64,000 nt of DNA from a virus (Duplodnaviria; Caudoviricetes), in the IMG/VR virus record IMGVR_UViG_2721755758_000001, positions 8,709 to 72,708 of that record. The stretch is one strand, 5' to 3'. Under the pieces are notes generated by a model. That model saw only the letters and a list, made by a program, of their open reading frames with translations, did not search any database and was not told the DNA's origin. Shown here in pieces: positions 10,250-20,017 of the stretch. The position numbers and the translations under genes are program-made. Every line of letters starts with the position of its first letter. Position 1 is the first letter of the stretch.

Positions 10250-10619
10250 TTGCGTATGTTTTATATGTGGATGTATGGCATTATCCTTGCATCACATAAT
10301 AAAGAGATCAAAACTAAAAGGTCTTACTAATTGTAAACATAATATGGTTCCATTGTGTGAATATCATCATTACCAGCTTCATCATGGAAGTGGACAGGAA
10401 TTAGAAGAAAGATTAAGAAGAGAATTTTTAAATTATTTGCAGATAAGTTTTTTAAAAGATTATATAGACTATAAAGATATAAAAGAGGTACTTAATATAA
10501 GTGATAAGCAATTAAGAGGTATATTAAAGATAGTTAAGCAAAAGAATGGAGAGTATGAAAGAAGAAGTTTAATTTTCGAATTAATGGGTGGATATCTATT
10601 AAATAGCGAAGAAATATGA
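10242..10619 (+). CDS. HNH-like Zn-binding protein
   Basis: CFICG...HHI...NMVPLCEYHH. Confidence 0.65.
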   Translation: MDNCVCFICGCMALSLHHIIKRSKLKGLTNCKHNMVPLCEYHHYQLHHGSGQELEERLRREFLNYLQISFLKDYIDYKDIKEVLNISDKQLRGILKIVKQKNGEYERRSLIFELMGGYLLNSEEI

Positions 10620-10975
10620 AGAGGAGTGTGTTGAAAATGCTTGGTATATTTGGCAGAACAGTATTTATGGCTGAAGCTGAAATTAAAAAAGAAGAAGATT
10701 ATATAAAATCAATAGTTGATAAGAGAATTGAAGAAAAAATTGGAGAGATAATCAACAAGATACGTGAAAATCAAAGCAATGCAAATTCAGAAGAAAGAGA
10801 AATCTCATTTAAAGAAGCTATTACTCAAAGCAGAAAGATAAAGGTTAAGAGTACTACATGGGAATGGGCAAATGAATTTATATCAGTATCAGATATGTTA
10901 TATCATTTAAGCATGTGTGATAATCAATATAGAAATACATTAATCAATAAATGCAGATGGTATGTAGAAATATAA
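10616..10975 (+). CDS. Hypothetical phage protein
   Basis: 119-aa ORF in operon. Confidence 0.5.
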   Translation: MKRSVLKMLGIFGRTVFMAEAEIKKEEDYIKSIVDKRIEEKIGEIINKIRENQSNANSEEREISFKEAITQSRKIKVKSTTWEWANEFISVSDMLYHLSMCDNQYRNTLINKCRWYVEI

Positions 10976-11042
10976 ATAAGAGAACGTAGAATGAAAGTAT
11001 TTAAAACAAAAAAATAAAATACTAAAATTTTTGAGGTGACAC

Positions 11043-11822
11043 ATGAGCAAAAGGTTAAAAAAGATAGTACGTAATACAGTTTTGATATTAGTTTTGACTG
11101 TAGTAGGATTCACTGGATTAAAAGTAGGTAATACTACAAGAACATCAAAAGCTGAAAGTACAACAAAAATCGAACAAGTTATAGCAGCTAAAGAAATAGA
11201 AAATATACAAGAAAAGCAAGAATTGTTAGATAAAACGTTCAAAGAATCGTGTAAATTACAAATAGCATCAGGAACAATAGATATGCAATATAATTTTTCA
11301 AACTCAGTTCAGGAGATAAAGGATTCTGCGCAGAGTAGTCCTTTTAGAATACTTAAGAATACATTAGCTCATAGAGATTTTACTTATAGTAGTCAATATC
11401 AATATAATTTCAAATATGATTTAAGTAAAATAAATACTTCTATAGAAAATGATACGCTTAATATAAATATAGAGAGCACATTTTTATTATTGGAAGATGT
11501 AAAAGAAAATAAAGATTATACTCAAATTACACAGGATACAGGATTACTTGCAAGTAATTTAAATGCAAATGAAACATGGGCAATGAGTAAACTCTGTGAA
11601 ACTAAAGCCTATAATTATTTGATAACAGATACAGATCTACAAGAAAATGCTATAAATAGTTTAGAAAAAGGCATAGAAACTATATGCAACAATCTTAATA
11701 TAAAAAATTATAAGGTTAATATTTCTAAAAATAATACTTTAACTAATAAAGATTCGTATACTAGCATATATAATATATGCCAGAGTTCAAACATGCCTAC
11801 TGGTTTTGTGAAACAAAACTAA
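11043..11822 (+). CDS. Membrane-anchored protein (possibly DUF4230-like)
   Basis: Basic N-terminus plus hydrophobic segment TVLILVLTVVGFTGL. Confidence 0.55.
   Translation: MSKRLKKIVRNTVLILVLTVVGFTGLKVGNTTRTSKAESTTKIEQVIAAKEIENIQEKQELLDKTFKESCKLQIASGTIDMQYNFSNSVQEIKDSAQSSPFRILKNTLAHRDFTYSSQYQYNFKYDLSKINTSIENDTLNINIESTFLLLEDVKENKDYTQITQDTGLLASNLNANETWAMSKLCETKAYNYLITDTDLQENAINSLEKGIETICNNLNIKNYKVNISKNNTLTNKDSYTSIYNICQSSNMPTGFVKQN
11803..11819. promoter_or_regulatory. Operator palindrome copy
   Basis: GTTTTGTGAAACAAAAC. Confidence 0.6.
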
Positions 11823-11852
11823 TTTACATTAATAATTAAGAAGGAGAAGAAA

Positions 11853-12053
11853 ATGAATAAAAATATAAAACAATGGATTATAGATGTTTTAATATGGACA
11901 GGAATATTTAGCTGGATATCAAGCGTGTGGCAATTACTAGAAGAAACTTTCGATGGTGGGATTCAACAAAGTATATCGGATTCAATAATAGCAGTTATTT
12001 TAGTTACTTTTATATGGATTCAGATAAGAAAATTAATAACAATAAAAGAATAA
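11853..12053 (+). CDS. Small two-TM membrane protein
   Basis: Two hydrophobic segments; RBS AGGAG. Confidence 0.6.
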   Translation: MNKNIKQWIIDVLIWTGIFSWISSVWQLLEETFDGGIQQSISDSIIAVILVTFIWIQIRKLITIKE

Positions 12054-12090
12054 AATTGTGAAAAATATTTTAAAACAATAGGAGGAAAAA

Positions 12091-13032
12091 ATGTTACAGA
12101 TTTTAGAATTATTCGGAGGTATAGGGAGTCCTAGAGTTGCACTAAGGAATTTAGGAGTAGATGTTAAAGCTATAGATTACGTAGAGATTGATGAAAAGGC
12201 AGTAAGGAGTTATAATGCTATGTTTGAAAAAGAACTTGCTTATAGAACTCAATCTGTAGTTAATTATAATTTAAAACCGGACATTCTTATTCATGGATCA
12301 CCTTGCCAAAGCTTTTCTATAGCGGGAAAACAAGAAGGTGCAGATGAAGGAAGCGGAACAGAGAGTAGTTTAATGTGGGAAACAATAAATATAATTAAGC
12401 AAATGGAAGCATGGAAGCCTAAAGTTGTAATATGGGAGAATGTAAAGAACGTTCTTTCAAAGCATATGAAACACAATTTTAATAAATACTTAGATGAAAT
12501 GCAAAAACTAGGATACACAAATAATTATGAAGTATTAAATGCTATGGACTTTGGATTACCACAGAATCGTAACAGAGTATTTACAATAAGCTGCTTAGAT
12601 GGTACATTATTTAACTTTAAAACTTTAGAAAAATACCCCATGAGAAATATAAAAGAGTTTCTTCAGAATGATGTATCTGAAGAATATGAAGTTACACAAC
12701 CAAGCATATTAAAAGGAATAGGAACTAAAGGAGTAAATAGAGCGACAATAATTAAAGATTATGCTTATACGATAACAGAAAGGCAAGATAGATGCCCTGT
12801 ACAGGTTATTGATTTAGGTAATGGAAAATATAGATTTTTAACCGATTTAGAATGTTGGAGATTACAAGGATATAAAGATGATGATTATTATAGTGCAGCA
12901 AAAGTAAATACTAAAAGAGCATTATACAAACAAGCTGGTAATAGTATTCCAGTAACGATATTTGAAAGTATATTTAAGCAATTATTATTTTGTAATATGA
13001 AAGGAGTACAATATGAAACCAATACTTTTTAA
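12091..13032 (+). CDS. DNA (cytosine-5)-methyltransferase
   Basis: Motifs ELFGGIG, GSPCQ, WENV, QNRNR, QAGNS. Confidence 0.95.
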   Translation: MLQILELFGGIGSPRVALRNLGVDVKAIDYVEIDEKAVRSYNAMFEKELAYRTQSVVNYNLKPDILIHGSPCQSFSIAGKQEGADEGSGTESSLMWETINIIKQMEAWKPKVVIWENVKNVLSKHMKHNFNKYLDEMQKLGYTNNYEVLNAMDFGLPQNRNRVFTISCLDGTLFNFKTLEKYPMRNIKEFLQNDVSEEYEVTQPSILKGIGTKGVNRATIIKDYAYTITERQDRCPVQVIDLGNGKYRFLTDLECWRLQGYKDDDYYSAAKVNTKRALYKQAGNSIPVTIFESIFKQLLFCNMKGVQYETNTF

Positions 13033-13618
13033 CACAGCGATGGTCAATGCGATATTAGATGGCAGAAAGACAACTACAAGAAGAATAGCTAAAAGATTAA
13101 AGGATGCTACAAAAGAAACTCATGGAGATTTTAAATGGGATTATAAACAAGCTTGTATGAATGACTTAGGACTTGAAATAGTAGCACCATTTCATATAGG
13201 AGAAATACTTTATATTAGAGAAACATGGTTTGAGGGAGATATATTAGATTCTAATGAGGATATAGCTGAAAGAAATATAGTTTTATATAGAACTGATGAT
13301 TTGGAAAAGCATGATATTGAAGAAATTAAGTGGAGACCATCAATTCATATGCCTAAGAGATTAGCAAGAATATTTCTTAAGATTACTGGTATAAGAGTTG
13401 AAAGATTAAAAAGAATTGAAGCTGGCCAATGCAAAGCAGAAGGAATTGATTTAGGGTATAAAATTGAAAATTCATTTGATGCAGGGGAATATTGCAAAGC
13501 ATTTGGAGAACTATGGGATAGTACAGTAAATAAAAAAGATATAGATAAGTATAGCTGGAATGCTAATCCATATGTTTGGGTAATTGAGTTTGAAAGGTGT
13601 GAAAAACCGAATGATTAA
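13013..13618 (+). CDS. ASCH/PUA-like phage protein
   Basis: AILDGRKTTTRR..GEILYIRETW..WRPSIHMP..NPYVWVIEF. Confidence 0.7.
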   Translation: MKPILFNTAMVNAILDGRKTTTRRIAKRLKDATKETHGDFKWDYKQACMNDLGLEIVAPFHIGEILYIRETWFEGDILDSNEDIAERNIVLYRTDDLEKHDIEEIKWRPSIHMPKRLARIFLKITGIRVERLKRIEAGQCKAEGIDLGYKIENSFDAGEYCKAFGELWDSTVNKKDIDKYSWNANPYVWVIEFERCEKPND

Positions 13619-13817
13619 ATATTTAGTTATCAGACCAAAAGATAAAGTTATTGTTGGAATTATGAAACATAAAGAAGAAAATAAGTATTCATTCATAAAT
13701 TTAACTAAAAATTATATATGCCCATGTAAATTTGGTAGTCCTGTTGAAGCTTTGGAGGATATGAATAAATTAAAAAGCCAAGGCAAGATAATAAGTTATG
13801 AGAGAATATGGTTTTAG
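13584..13817 (+). CDS. Hypothetical phage protein
   Basis: ORF in operon; likely start ATG 13611. Confidence 0.5.
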   Translation: MSLKGVKNRMIKYLVIRPKDKVIVGIMKHKEENKYSFINLTKNYICPCKFGSPVEALEDMNKLKSQGKIISYERIWF

Positions 13818-13836
13818 AAAGTGAGGAAAAGCAGTA

Positions 13837-14064
13837 ATGAAAAAAGGGTGTATCTATTGTAAAGAACCTTATGGGAAAATTATAAAAGTCAATCAAAGTT
13901 GTGATAATAAAAATTGTATAACCGATACTATGATATCTCATACAAAAGATGATAATAAAGCAGGCTTTGTATTATTTGAACACGGGATGGCAAAAGGATG
14001 GTTTGATATTAACTATTGTCCGTTTTGTGGGAGAAAACTCCCCGAAAATCTAAAGGAGATCTAG
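13837..14064 (+). CDS. Zn-finger phage protein
   Basis: CIYC...INYCPFCGRKL. Confidence 0.6.
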   Translation: MKKGCIYCKEPYGKIIKVNQSCDNKNCITDTMISHTKDDNKAGFVLFEHGMAKGWFDINYCPFCGRKLPENLKEI

Positions 14065-14071
14065 AATTAAT

Positions 14072-14323
14072 ATGAAAACATACTATATTCCAGTAGGTAG
14101 TACATTAGGAGTTATTTGTAAAAGATGTAAACAAACACTAGAGAAAAAAGATCTAGAGAAACAAGTGGAAATATTATCTGATTATAATATGCATGTGCCT
14201 AAATGTTCGCTACCTATAGATTATACGATTAATAATGAAAAAGTTAATTTTAGATGTAATATATGTCATAATGAAGATAATTTTGAAATTGTAACATTAC
14301 AAAATATAAAAAGTTTCTATTGA
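14072..14323 (+). CDS. Zn-finger phage protein
   Basis: CKRC...CNIC. Confidence 0.55.
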   Translation: MKTYYIPVGSTLGVICKRCKQTLEKKDLEKQVEILSDYNMHVPKCSLPIDYTINNEKVNFRCNICHNEDNFEIVTLQNIKSFY

Positions 14324-14346
14324 TTTACAATAAATTATATTTTTGG

Positions 14347-14394
14347 GTTTTGTACCACAAAACTATTGACAATATAGTTTTGTGGTACTAAACT
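14347..14394 (+). promoter_or_regulatory. sigma-A promoter overlapped by two operator palindromes
   Basis: GTTTTGTACCACAAAAC(14347-63), TTGACA(14366-71)-17bp-TAAACT(14389-94), second site 14377-93. Confidence 0.8.
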
Positions 14395-14431
14395 AGATAT
14401 ATAGTAAAGAAATGGAAAAGGGGTGTAAGCA

Positions 14432-14602
14432 ATGGCATATAATCCAAAGAAAATGATAAGAAAAGTACGAGACAATAACAAAAGTAGCTTTTTATCTATT
14501 CCTACTTATATAAGAATTAAGATGGACATAAGTAAAGGGGATTGGATAGAGTTCAAGGAATCAAAGGATAGAAAAATTTATATAGAGAAAGCGAATAAAT
14601 AA
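14432..14602 (+). CDS. AbrB/MazE/SpoVT-family DNA-binding protein (56 aa, not in ORF track)
   Basis: MAYNPKKMIRKVRDNNKSSFLSIPTYIRIKMDISKGDWIEFKESKDRKIYIEK. Confidence 0.75.
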   Translation: MAYNPKKMIRKVRDNNKSSFLSIPTYIRIKMDISKGDWIEFKESKDRKIYIEKANK

Positions 14603-15250
14603 TTGGAAAATGAATTAATTATTAAAACATATGAAAATTCAGAAATACAATTTAAAACAATAAATGATGAAAGCTATGTAAAAATAGATGAAGTAGCAAA
14701 GTTTTGTGGATGGACTTATACAAAAGAAGATAGACCAGGAAAAGTGTTTATAAGATGGAACACAGTAAACAAATTTATAAAAGAATTAGGTTTGTCGCAA
14801 GAAGTTGCGACAGGAGAATTTATACCTGAATATATAATGTATCCATTAATAGGAAAGGCAAACAACAATAAAGCTACAAGTTTCATGCTATGGGTAGGAA
14901 AGGTATTAACAGAAATAAGAAAAACTGGAGAATATAAAACAAGTATTAAAAAGTATGAAATGATGATAGAACAAAATAATGAACAAATTTACAGACTTGA
15001 AATGTGCATAGGAATACATGATAGACATACAAAAATGTATATCAGATACATTAAAAATAAACTTGGCATAACAAGAATAAATAAAGATTATCTAATGATA
15101 AAAAATAATGTATTTAGAAAATTTGGAGCGGATAAGTGGGAAGATTTAGCACTTATAAAACAAGACGAAATATTTTCTAATATAGATAGTTGTATACAGC
15201 TTATAGAAGGATATAAGCAACTAGAAATGAATATGAAGGGAGAAAAATAA
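14603..15250 (+). CDS. Bro-N-like phage DNA-binding/antirepressor protein
   Basis: FIPEY.MY.L..KA.N.KA.SF..WV.KVL.EIRKTGEY. Confidence 0.75.
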   Translation: MENELIIKTYENSEIQFKTINDESYVKIDEVAKFCGWTYTKEDRPGKVFIRWNTVNKFIKELGLSQEVATGEFIPEYIMYPLIGKANNNKATSFMLWVGKVLTEIRKTGEYKTSIKKYEMMIEQNNEQIYRLEMCIGIHDRHTKMYIRYIKNKLGITRINKDYLMIKNNVFRKFGADKWEDLALIKQDEIFSNIDSCIQLIEGYKQLEMNMKGEK

Positions 15251-15651
15251 TGGAAAAATTTATTAACCTTGAAAGCTTTGCAGATGGAGCATTAGCTGAA
15301 AAAGTAAATATGGCTTTAAGGCAAGTATTAGATAATATGATAGATCCAAATACAGATTGGAAGATAAAAAGAAAGTTAACTATAGATATGACTTTAGTGA
15401 CAGGTGAAGATAGAGAATTAACAGAGGTCAATATTATTGCTAAAACCAAATTAGCCCCAAGCAAAGCCCTACAAGCTAAAATTGTAATAGGAACAGATGG
15501 AAAAGGTGGGGTGCTTGCAAGCGAATACAAAAAACAAGTACCAGGACAAAGCGTAATGAGAGTAGATGAAAATACAGGAGAACTATTAACGACAGCAGAA
15601 GAAAAAGAAAATAGTGTTGTAGATTTAAAAGGAATTAAATTGGTTAAATAA
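15250..15651 (+). CDS. Conserved phage protein (often labelled replication terminator protein)
   Basis: INLESFADGALAEKVN..DPNTD...KRKLTI. Confidence 0.6.
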   Translation: MEKFINLESFADGALAEKVNMALRQVLDNMIDPNTDWKIKRKLTIDMTLVTGEDRELTEVNIIAKTKLAPSKALQAKIVIGTDGKGGVLASEYKKQVPGQSVMRVDENTGELLTTAEEKENSVVDLKGIKLVK

Positions 15652-15666
15652 GAGAGGAAGATGTAA

Positions 15667-16380
15667 ATGTTAGAAAAAGATGCTATAGAATATTTAATTA
15701 ATGAAGGAGAAATGAAAGATCCAATAGTAAATTTAAGTCAAGGAACTTTTTCAAAAGAAAGCTTAAAGAGAATTACATTTCCAACAGCAGATACCTTAAA
15801 AGTATCTACATTAACAGCAATAGTTGACTATATTAAAAAGAATGTAGATAAGTTAGATGATAATTTAATAATTCATATTAAATCAGAAAAAGAAGTCAAT
15901 TTGTATGGTCCGTTAACAGTTGATTCTGAAAGAAATTGTTATTTACAAGCATTAGCTATATTGCCAAGTAATATTTATTACAAGGAATACATGGATACAG
16001 AAACTTTTAATATTATGCTTCAAAGTTCATTTGCAGATAAGGGAGATAAGGAAACACTATTAAAATATACAGGACTTATAAGAGACGAAGCAGTAAAAAC
16101 AACTGGAGATGATGGAATAAGTCAGCAAGTAACAATTAAAACAGGAGTTGCAAGTGTAGCACAAGCCGTTGTACCAAATCCAGCGACTCTTGCACCATAC
16201 AGGACATTCCAAGAAATAGATCAAGTAGAAAGTAAATTTATATTTAGAATGAAAGATGGACCACGTGCAGCAATATTTGAAGCTGATGGGGGACAATGGA
16301 GAAATGAAACTATTATAAGAATTAAAACATATTTAAATGAACAACTAAAGGATATAGATAATGTTGAAATTTTAGCTTAA
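15667..16380 (+). CDS. Conserved phage protein
   Basis: DDGISQQVTIKTG..VPNP..LAPYRTF..FEADGG.W, partner of upstream gene. Confidence 0.65.
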   Translation: MLEKDAIEYLINEGEMKDPIVNLSQGTFSKESLKRITFPTADTLKVSTLTAIVDYIKKNVDKLDDNLIIHIKSEKEVNLYGPLTVDSERNCYLQALAILPSNIYYKEYMDTETFNIMLQSSFADKGDKETLLKYTGLIRDEAVKTTGDDGISQQVTIKTGVASVAQAVVPNPATLAPYRTFQEIDQVESKFIFRMKDGPRAAIFEADGGQWRNETIIRIKTYLNEQLKDIDNVEILA

Positions 16381-16420
16381 TTAGGGGAGATATACTCTCC
16401 CTAGAAAGAAGGGGATTAAA

Positions 16421-16855
16421 ATTAATAAAGTAGTTCTTATTGGAAGATTAACTAAAGATCCAGAACTTAGATTTACTCCAGGAAGTGGAGCAACAGTATG
16501 TCAATTAACATTAGCGATTAATAGATATAATTCAAAAACTGGTCAAAATGAAGCTGACTTTATACAGGTAGTAGTTTGGGGAAAGCAAGCAGAAAACACT
16601 GCAAATTATGTAAGCAAAGGTAGTCAAGTTGCCATAAGTGGGAAAATTCAAACTAGAAGCTATGATGCTAAAGATGGTACTAAAAGATATGTAACAGAAG
16701 TTGTGGCAGATATGTTTGGAGGAGTTCAATTCTTAGGAAGTAAAAATCAAGGGCATGAACCAGATATAAATGCAATGAACGATGCATTTGGAGGTGCTAA
16801 TTTTGAAGTTGATGAAGAAATTACACCTGTGGATGACGACTCTATGCCATTTTAA
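16421..16855 (+). CDS. ssb: Single-stranded DNA-binding protein with ATT start (missed by ORF track)
   Basis: (ATT)NKVVLIGRLTKDPELRFTPGSG...ADFIQVVVWGKQAE...DDDSMPF*; RBS AAGGGG. Confidence 0.92.
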   Translation: MNKVVLIGRLTKDPELRFTPGSGATVCQLTLAINRYNSKTGQNEADFIQVVVWGKQAENTANYVSKGSQVAISGKIQTRSYDAKDGTKRYVTEVVADMFGGVQFLGSKNQGHEPDINAMNDAFGGANFEVDEEITPVDDDSMPF

Positions 16856-16861
16856 TAGGAG

Positions 16862-17128
16862 ATGATTAGAATTTTTAAAAATATAGATTTAAGCAAAATT
16901 ACATTTATAAATCAAATTAAAAAAACACAAGAAGAGGATAAAGAATTTATAGAAGCTATAATGCAATATAAGTTAGGAATTGGAAGTAGAGAACATGTAA
17001 AAGAAGAGATATGCGATAAATTTCAAGCAGCATTAGGACTAGCTAAAAAGCAGGGTATACCAGCCGAAGAGATTGAAGAATACTTTAATACTACTCATGC
17101 AGAAAAAATAAAAAATAGACCAAGATAG
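16862..17128 (+). CDS. MazG-like small protein
   Basis: K.QEE.KEF...EEICD acidic motif of all-alpha NTP pyrophosphatases. Confidence 0.4.
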   Translation: MIRIFKNIDLSKITFINQIKKTQEEDKEFIEAIMQYKLGIGSREHVKEEICDKFQAALGLAKKQGIPAEEIEEYFNTTHAEKIKNRPR

Positions 17129-17137
17129 GAGGACTAT

Positions 17138-17425
17138 ATGAAACAGATAATGTTAATTTTGTATTTTAACATAGTAATAGCTATTCTAAATACTATTATT
17201 CTTCCTACATTTAAGAAAAAACAAGAAGTATCAATAGAAAATCAAATAGAACAGATAAACGAAGGATTAAAAAATGAGAATCTATTTACTAGAAAATTTA
17301 TAGTGTGCTTTTATAATACAGTATTTGATATACCAATATTAGCATATTTGATGGTTTTTGTAATAAATTGCATTCCAGGTTTTAATCTTTTTGTTTTATA
17401 TAAAGAGATCAAAGAAAGATTTTAA
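17138..17425 (+). CDS. Membrane protein
   Basis: Two hydrophobic segments; RBS GGAGG. Confidence 0.55.
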   Translation: MKQIMLILYFNIVIAILNTIILPTFKKKQEVSIENQIEQINEGLKNENLFTRKFIVCFYNTVFDIPILAYLMVFVINCIPGFNLFVLYKEIKERF

Positions 17426-17437
17426 TTTTATCAACTG

Positions 17438-17454
17438 GTTTTGTGATACAAAAC
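17438..17454. promoter_or_regulatory. Operator palindrome copy
   Basis: GTTTTGTGATACAAAAC, identical to 3565-3581. Confidence 0.6.
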
Positions 17455-17467
17455 TAAAGATTAAAAA

Positions 17468-18379
17468 GTGGGACTTATTAAAGAATATAGGAGTGAAAAG
17501 CTTATGAGAATACTACATTTATATCAATGGAAATTAAAAGATATAGAAATTGAATTAGGCTCAATAAAATCAGCTAAGTGGGATGCAGTTTTAGTAGGCC
17601 CTATACAAGAATCAAAAGAAGAAGATAGTGGACTATGGTGTATGCCTTATCAAGTAATAGGAATGAATATAGGAAATAGATATGGAAGCAAAGAAGATTT
17701 AATAAGTCTGTGCAATAAAGCACATGAAAAAGGAATTAATATTTTTGTAGATACAGTAATAACTCACTATGCGAATGCAGGTGATGGAGAGTTACGCTTT
17801 ACACCTCACAATAAGGTAGACAAGGTTTTGGTAAATAACAAGCATATTTGGAGAGAAAAAAAGCCAATAGATTATAACTCTAGGTGGTCGGTAACACATC
17901 ACTGCAATAACTTAGCGGCTATTAGAACAGATAACTATGACTATCAAGATTTAGTAATAAAATTTTATAATAATTTGATTGAATGTGGAATAGATGGTGT
18001 TAGAATCGATTCAGCTAAAATTATTTCTCTACCAGAAGAAGATGGAAATAACTTTTTTCCGAGAGTTTTAGGTTCACTCCAAAAACAAATAACTGTTTTT
18101 GGAGAAGTTATATTCGAATCAGAAATGCTACTAAGAATGTATCAAAAATATATATATCCACTTACAAATCTAAGTAATCAAGCTTATAACATAGATAGAA
18201 AAAAAGAAATAACTTATTTTGAAAGCCATGATTTTTATTTAGATGAAGTTTTAAAATGTACTGAAAGAATGAGCGAAGAAGAAATAAAAAGAGAATATAA
18301 ATACCTTTTAAATGATTTTCCAAATGTACTTTATTATTCAAGACCTTTTTCAGAATACTGGAGAAAAGCTAATGATTGA
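17468..18379 (+). CDS. GH13 alpha-amylase-like glycoside hydrolase (catalytic domain only)
   Basis: DTVITH, DGVRIDSAK, FGEV, FESHD motifs; no signal peptide; likely start ATG 17504. Confidence 0.85.
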   Translation: MGLIKEYRSEKLMRILHLYQWKLKDIEIELGSIKSAKWDAVLVGPIQESKEEDSGLWCMPYQVIGMNIGNRYGSKEDLISLCNKAHEKGINIFVDTVITHYANAGDGELRFTPHNKVDKVLVNNKHIWREKKPIDYNSRWSVTHHCNNLAAIRTDNYDYQDLVIKFYNNLIECGIDGVRIDSAKIISLPEEDGNNFFPRVLGSLQKQITVFGEVIFESEMLLRMYQKYIYPLTNLSNQAYNIDRKKEITYFESHDFYLDEVLKCTERMSEEEIKREYKYLLNDFPNVLYYSRPFSEYWRKAND

Positions 18380-19133
18380 AATATAGAAGAGCATAGAAGG
18401 ATATGAAGGAATATATGAAATAAGTAGCTTGGGTAGAGTTAAAAGCTTAAGCAGAGAAAAAATAATGCCAAATGGGACAATATGTTTTACAAAAGAAAAA
18501 ATATTAAAACAAAATAGAAATATAAATGGTTATATCAGTATTAGTTTATATAAAAATAATAAATGTCATGCTTTTAGGATTCATAGATTAGTAGCCAAAG
18601 CCTTTATAGAAAATCCAAATAAATTTTCAGAGGTAAATCACAAAGATGAGAATAAAGAAAATAATAAATATATAAATTTAGAATGGTGTGATAAAACTTA
18701 TAATAATAACTATGGGACTAAAAAACAAAGACAAATAGATACAAGAAGTAAAACTATATACCAATATGATATAAATGGATATTTAATAAGAGAATGGAAT
18801 AATATATCTGAAGCATCTAATAAAGGATATTCTCGTGAATGCATATATAAATGTGCAATAGGTTCAAATATTATTCATAAAGATAGTTTTTGGAGTTATG
18901 AAAAACATAATAAAGAATATTTTATAGAGAAGCTTAATAAAAAGCTAAATAAAAGAAAGATAATACAATATGATTTAGATGGAAATATTATAAAAATATG
19001 GGAATCTGTTAATCAGATACACAATGAACTAGGATATGATAAAAGTTGTATCAGCGAATGCTTAAATAATAAAAGAAAATATACACACAATAGTATATTC
19101 AAAAAATTCAATGATATAAATAAATTTAAATAG
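18372..19133 (+). pseudogene. NUMOD4-HNH-NUMOD1 homing endonuclease with one in-frame TAG (18384-18386)
   Basis: MIEI*KSIEGYEGIYEISSLGRVKS..IHRLVAKAF..VNHKDENKENN..NLEW in a single frame. Confidence 0.8.
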
Positions 19134-19148
19134 GTAGGAGGAATTAAA

Positions 19149-19376
19149 ATGAGAAATAAATTATCAGATTTACAGAATTATTTATTTGCTCAATTAGAAA
19201 GATTAGATGAAGAGCAAATTTCACAAGAGGAATTAGAAAAAGAGATTAATAGAACCAAAGCAATAACTTCACTAGCAAATACGATTATAGCAAATGGAAG
19301 CTTAGCGTTACAAGCTCAAAAATTTATAGATGACAGAAATAATTCTGATATAAAACTTCCTGAAATGCTAGAATGA
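19149..19376 (+). CDS. Conserved phage protein preceding HNH gene
   Basis: MRNKLSDLQNYLFAQLERL. Confidence 0.65.
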   Translation: MRNKLSDLQNYLFAQLERLDEEQISQEELEKEINRTKAITSLANTIIANGSLALQAQKFIDDRNNSDIKLPEMLE

Positions 19377-20017
19377 AAAAAGGAAGACCAAAGGGGATAA
19401 AAAACAAGAAGCAACACATTTGGACAGAAGAAGAAAAGGAATACTTAAGAGAAATAGTAAGCAAAAGAAGTCATAAACAAATACAAATAATGATGAACAA
19501 AAAATTTGAATATCAATTTGATCTAACACAGATAAGTGGAGCAATAAAAAGATATAAATTAAAAACAGGATTAACTGGATGTTTTACTAAAGGAAACACA
19601 CCTTTTAATAAAGGCAAAAAGCAAGAAGAATATATGTCAAAAGAATCAATAGAAAGAACTAAATTTACAAGATTTAAATTAGGACAATCTCCAGTAAATT
19701 GGAGACCAATAGGAAGTGAACGAGTTACTGTAGATGGGTATACAGAAATTAAAATAAAAGAACCAAATATATGGAAACTAAAGCAAAGATTAATTTATGA
19801 AAAAGCATATGGAGAAATACCTTATGGGTATACAGTTGTATTTGCAGATAGAAATAAGAAAAATTTCAATATTGAAAATTTGATTTTAGTATCTAGAAAT
19901 GAACTTTTAAAAATGAATAGTAATGATTTAATAAAAGAAGATGCTGAACTTACTAAAACAGGAAAGATTGTGGCAGATCTTTATATAAAACTGGAGGAAA
20001 TTAAACATGGAAAATAA
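19373..20017 (+). CDS. HNH-fold protein
   Basis: PIGSERV..DGY..VVFADRNKKNFNIENLILV; canonical His replaced. Confidence 0.75.
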   Translation: MKKGRPKGIKNKKQHIWTEEEKEYLREIVSKRSHKQIQIMMNKKFEYQFDLTQISGAIKRYKLKTGLTGCFTKGNTPFNKGKKQEEYMSKESIERTKFTRFKLGQSPVNWRPIGSERVTVDGYTEIKIKEPNIWKLKQRLIYEKAYGEIPYGYTVVFADRNKKNFNIENLILVSRNELLKMNSNDLIKEDAELTKTGKIVADLYIKLEEIKHGK

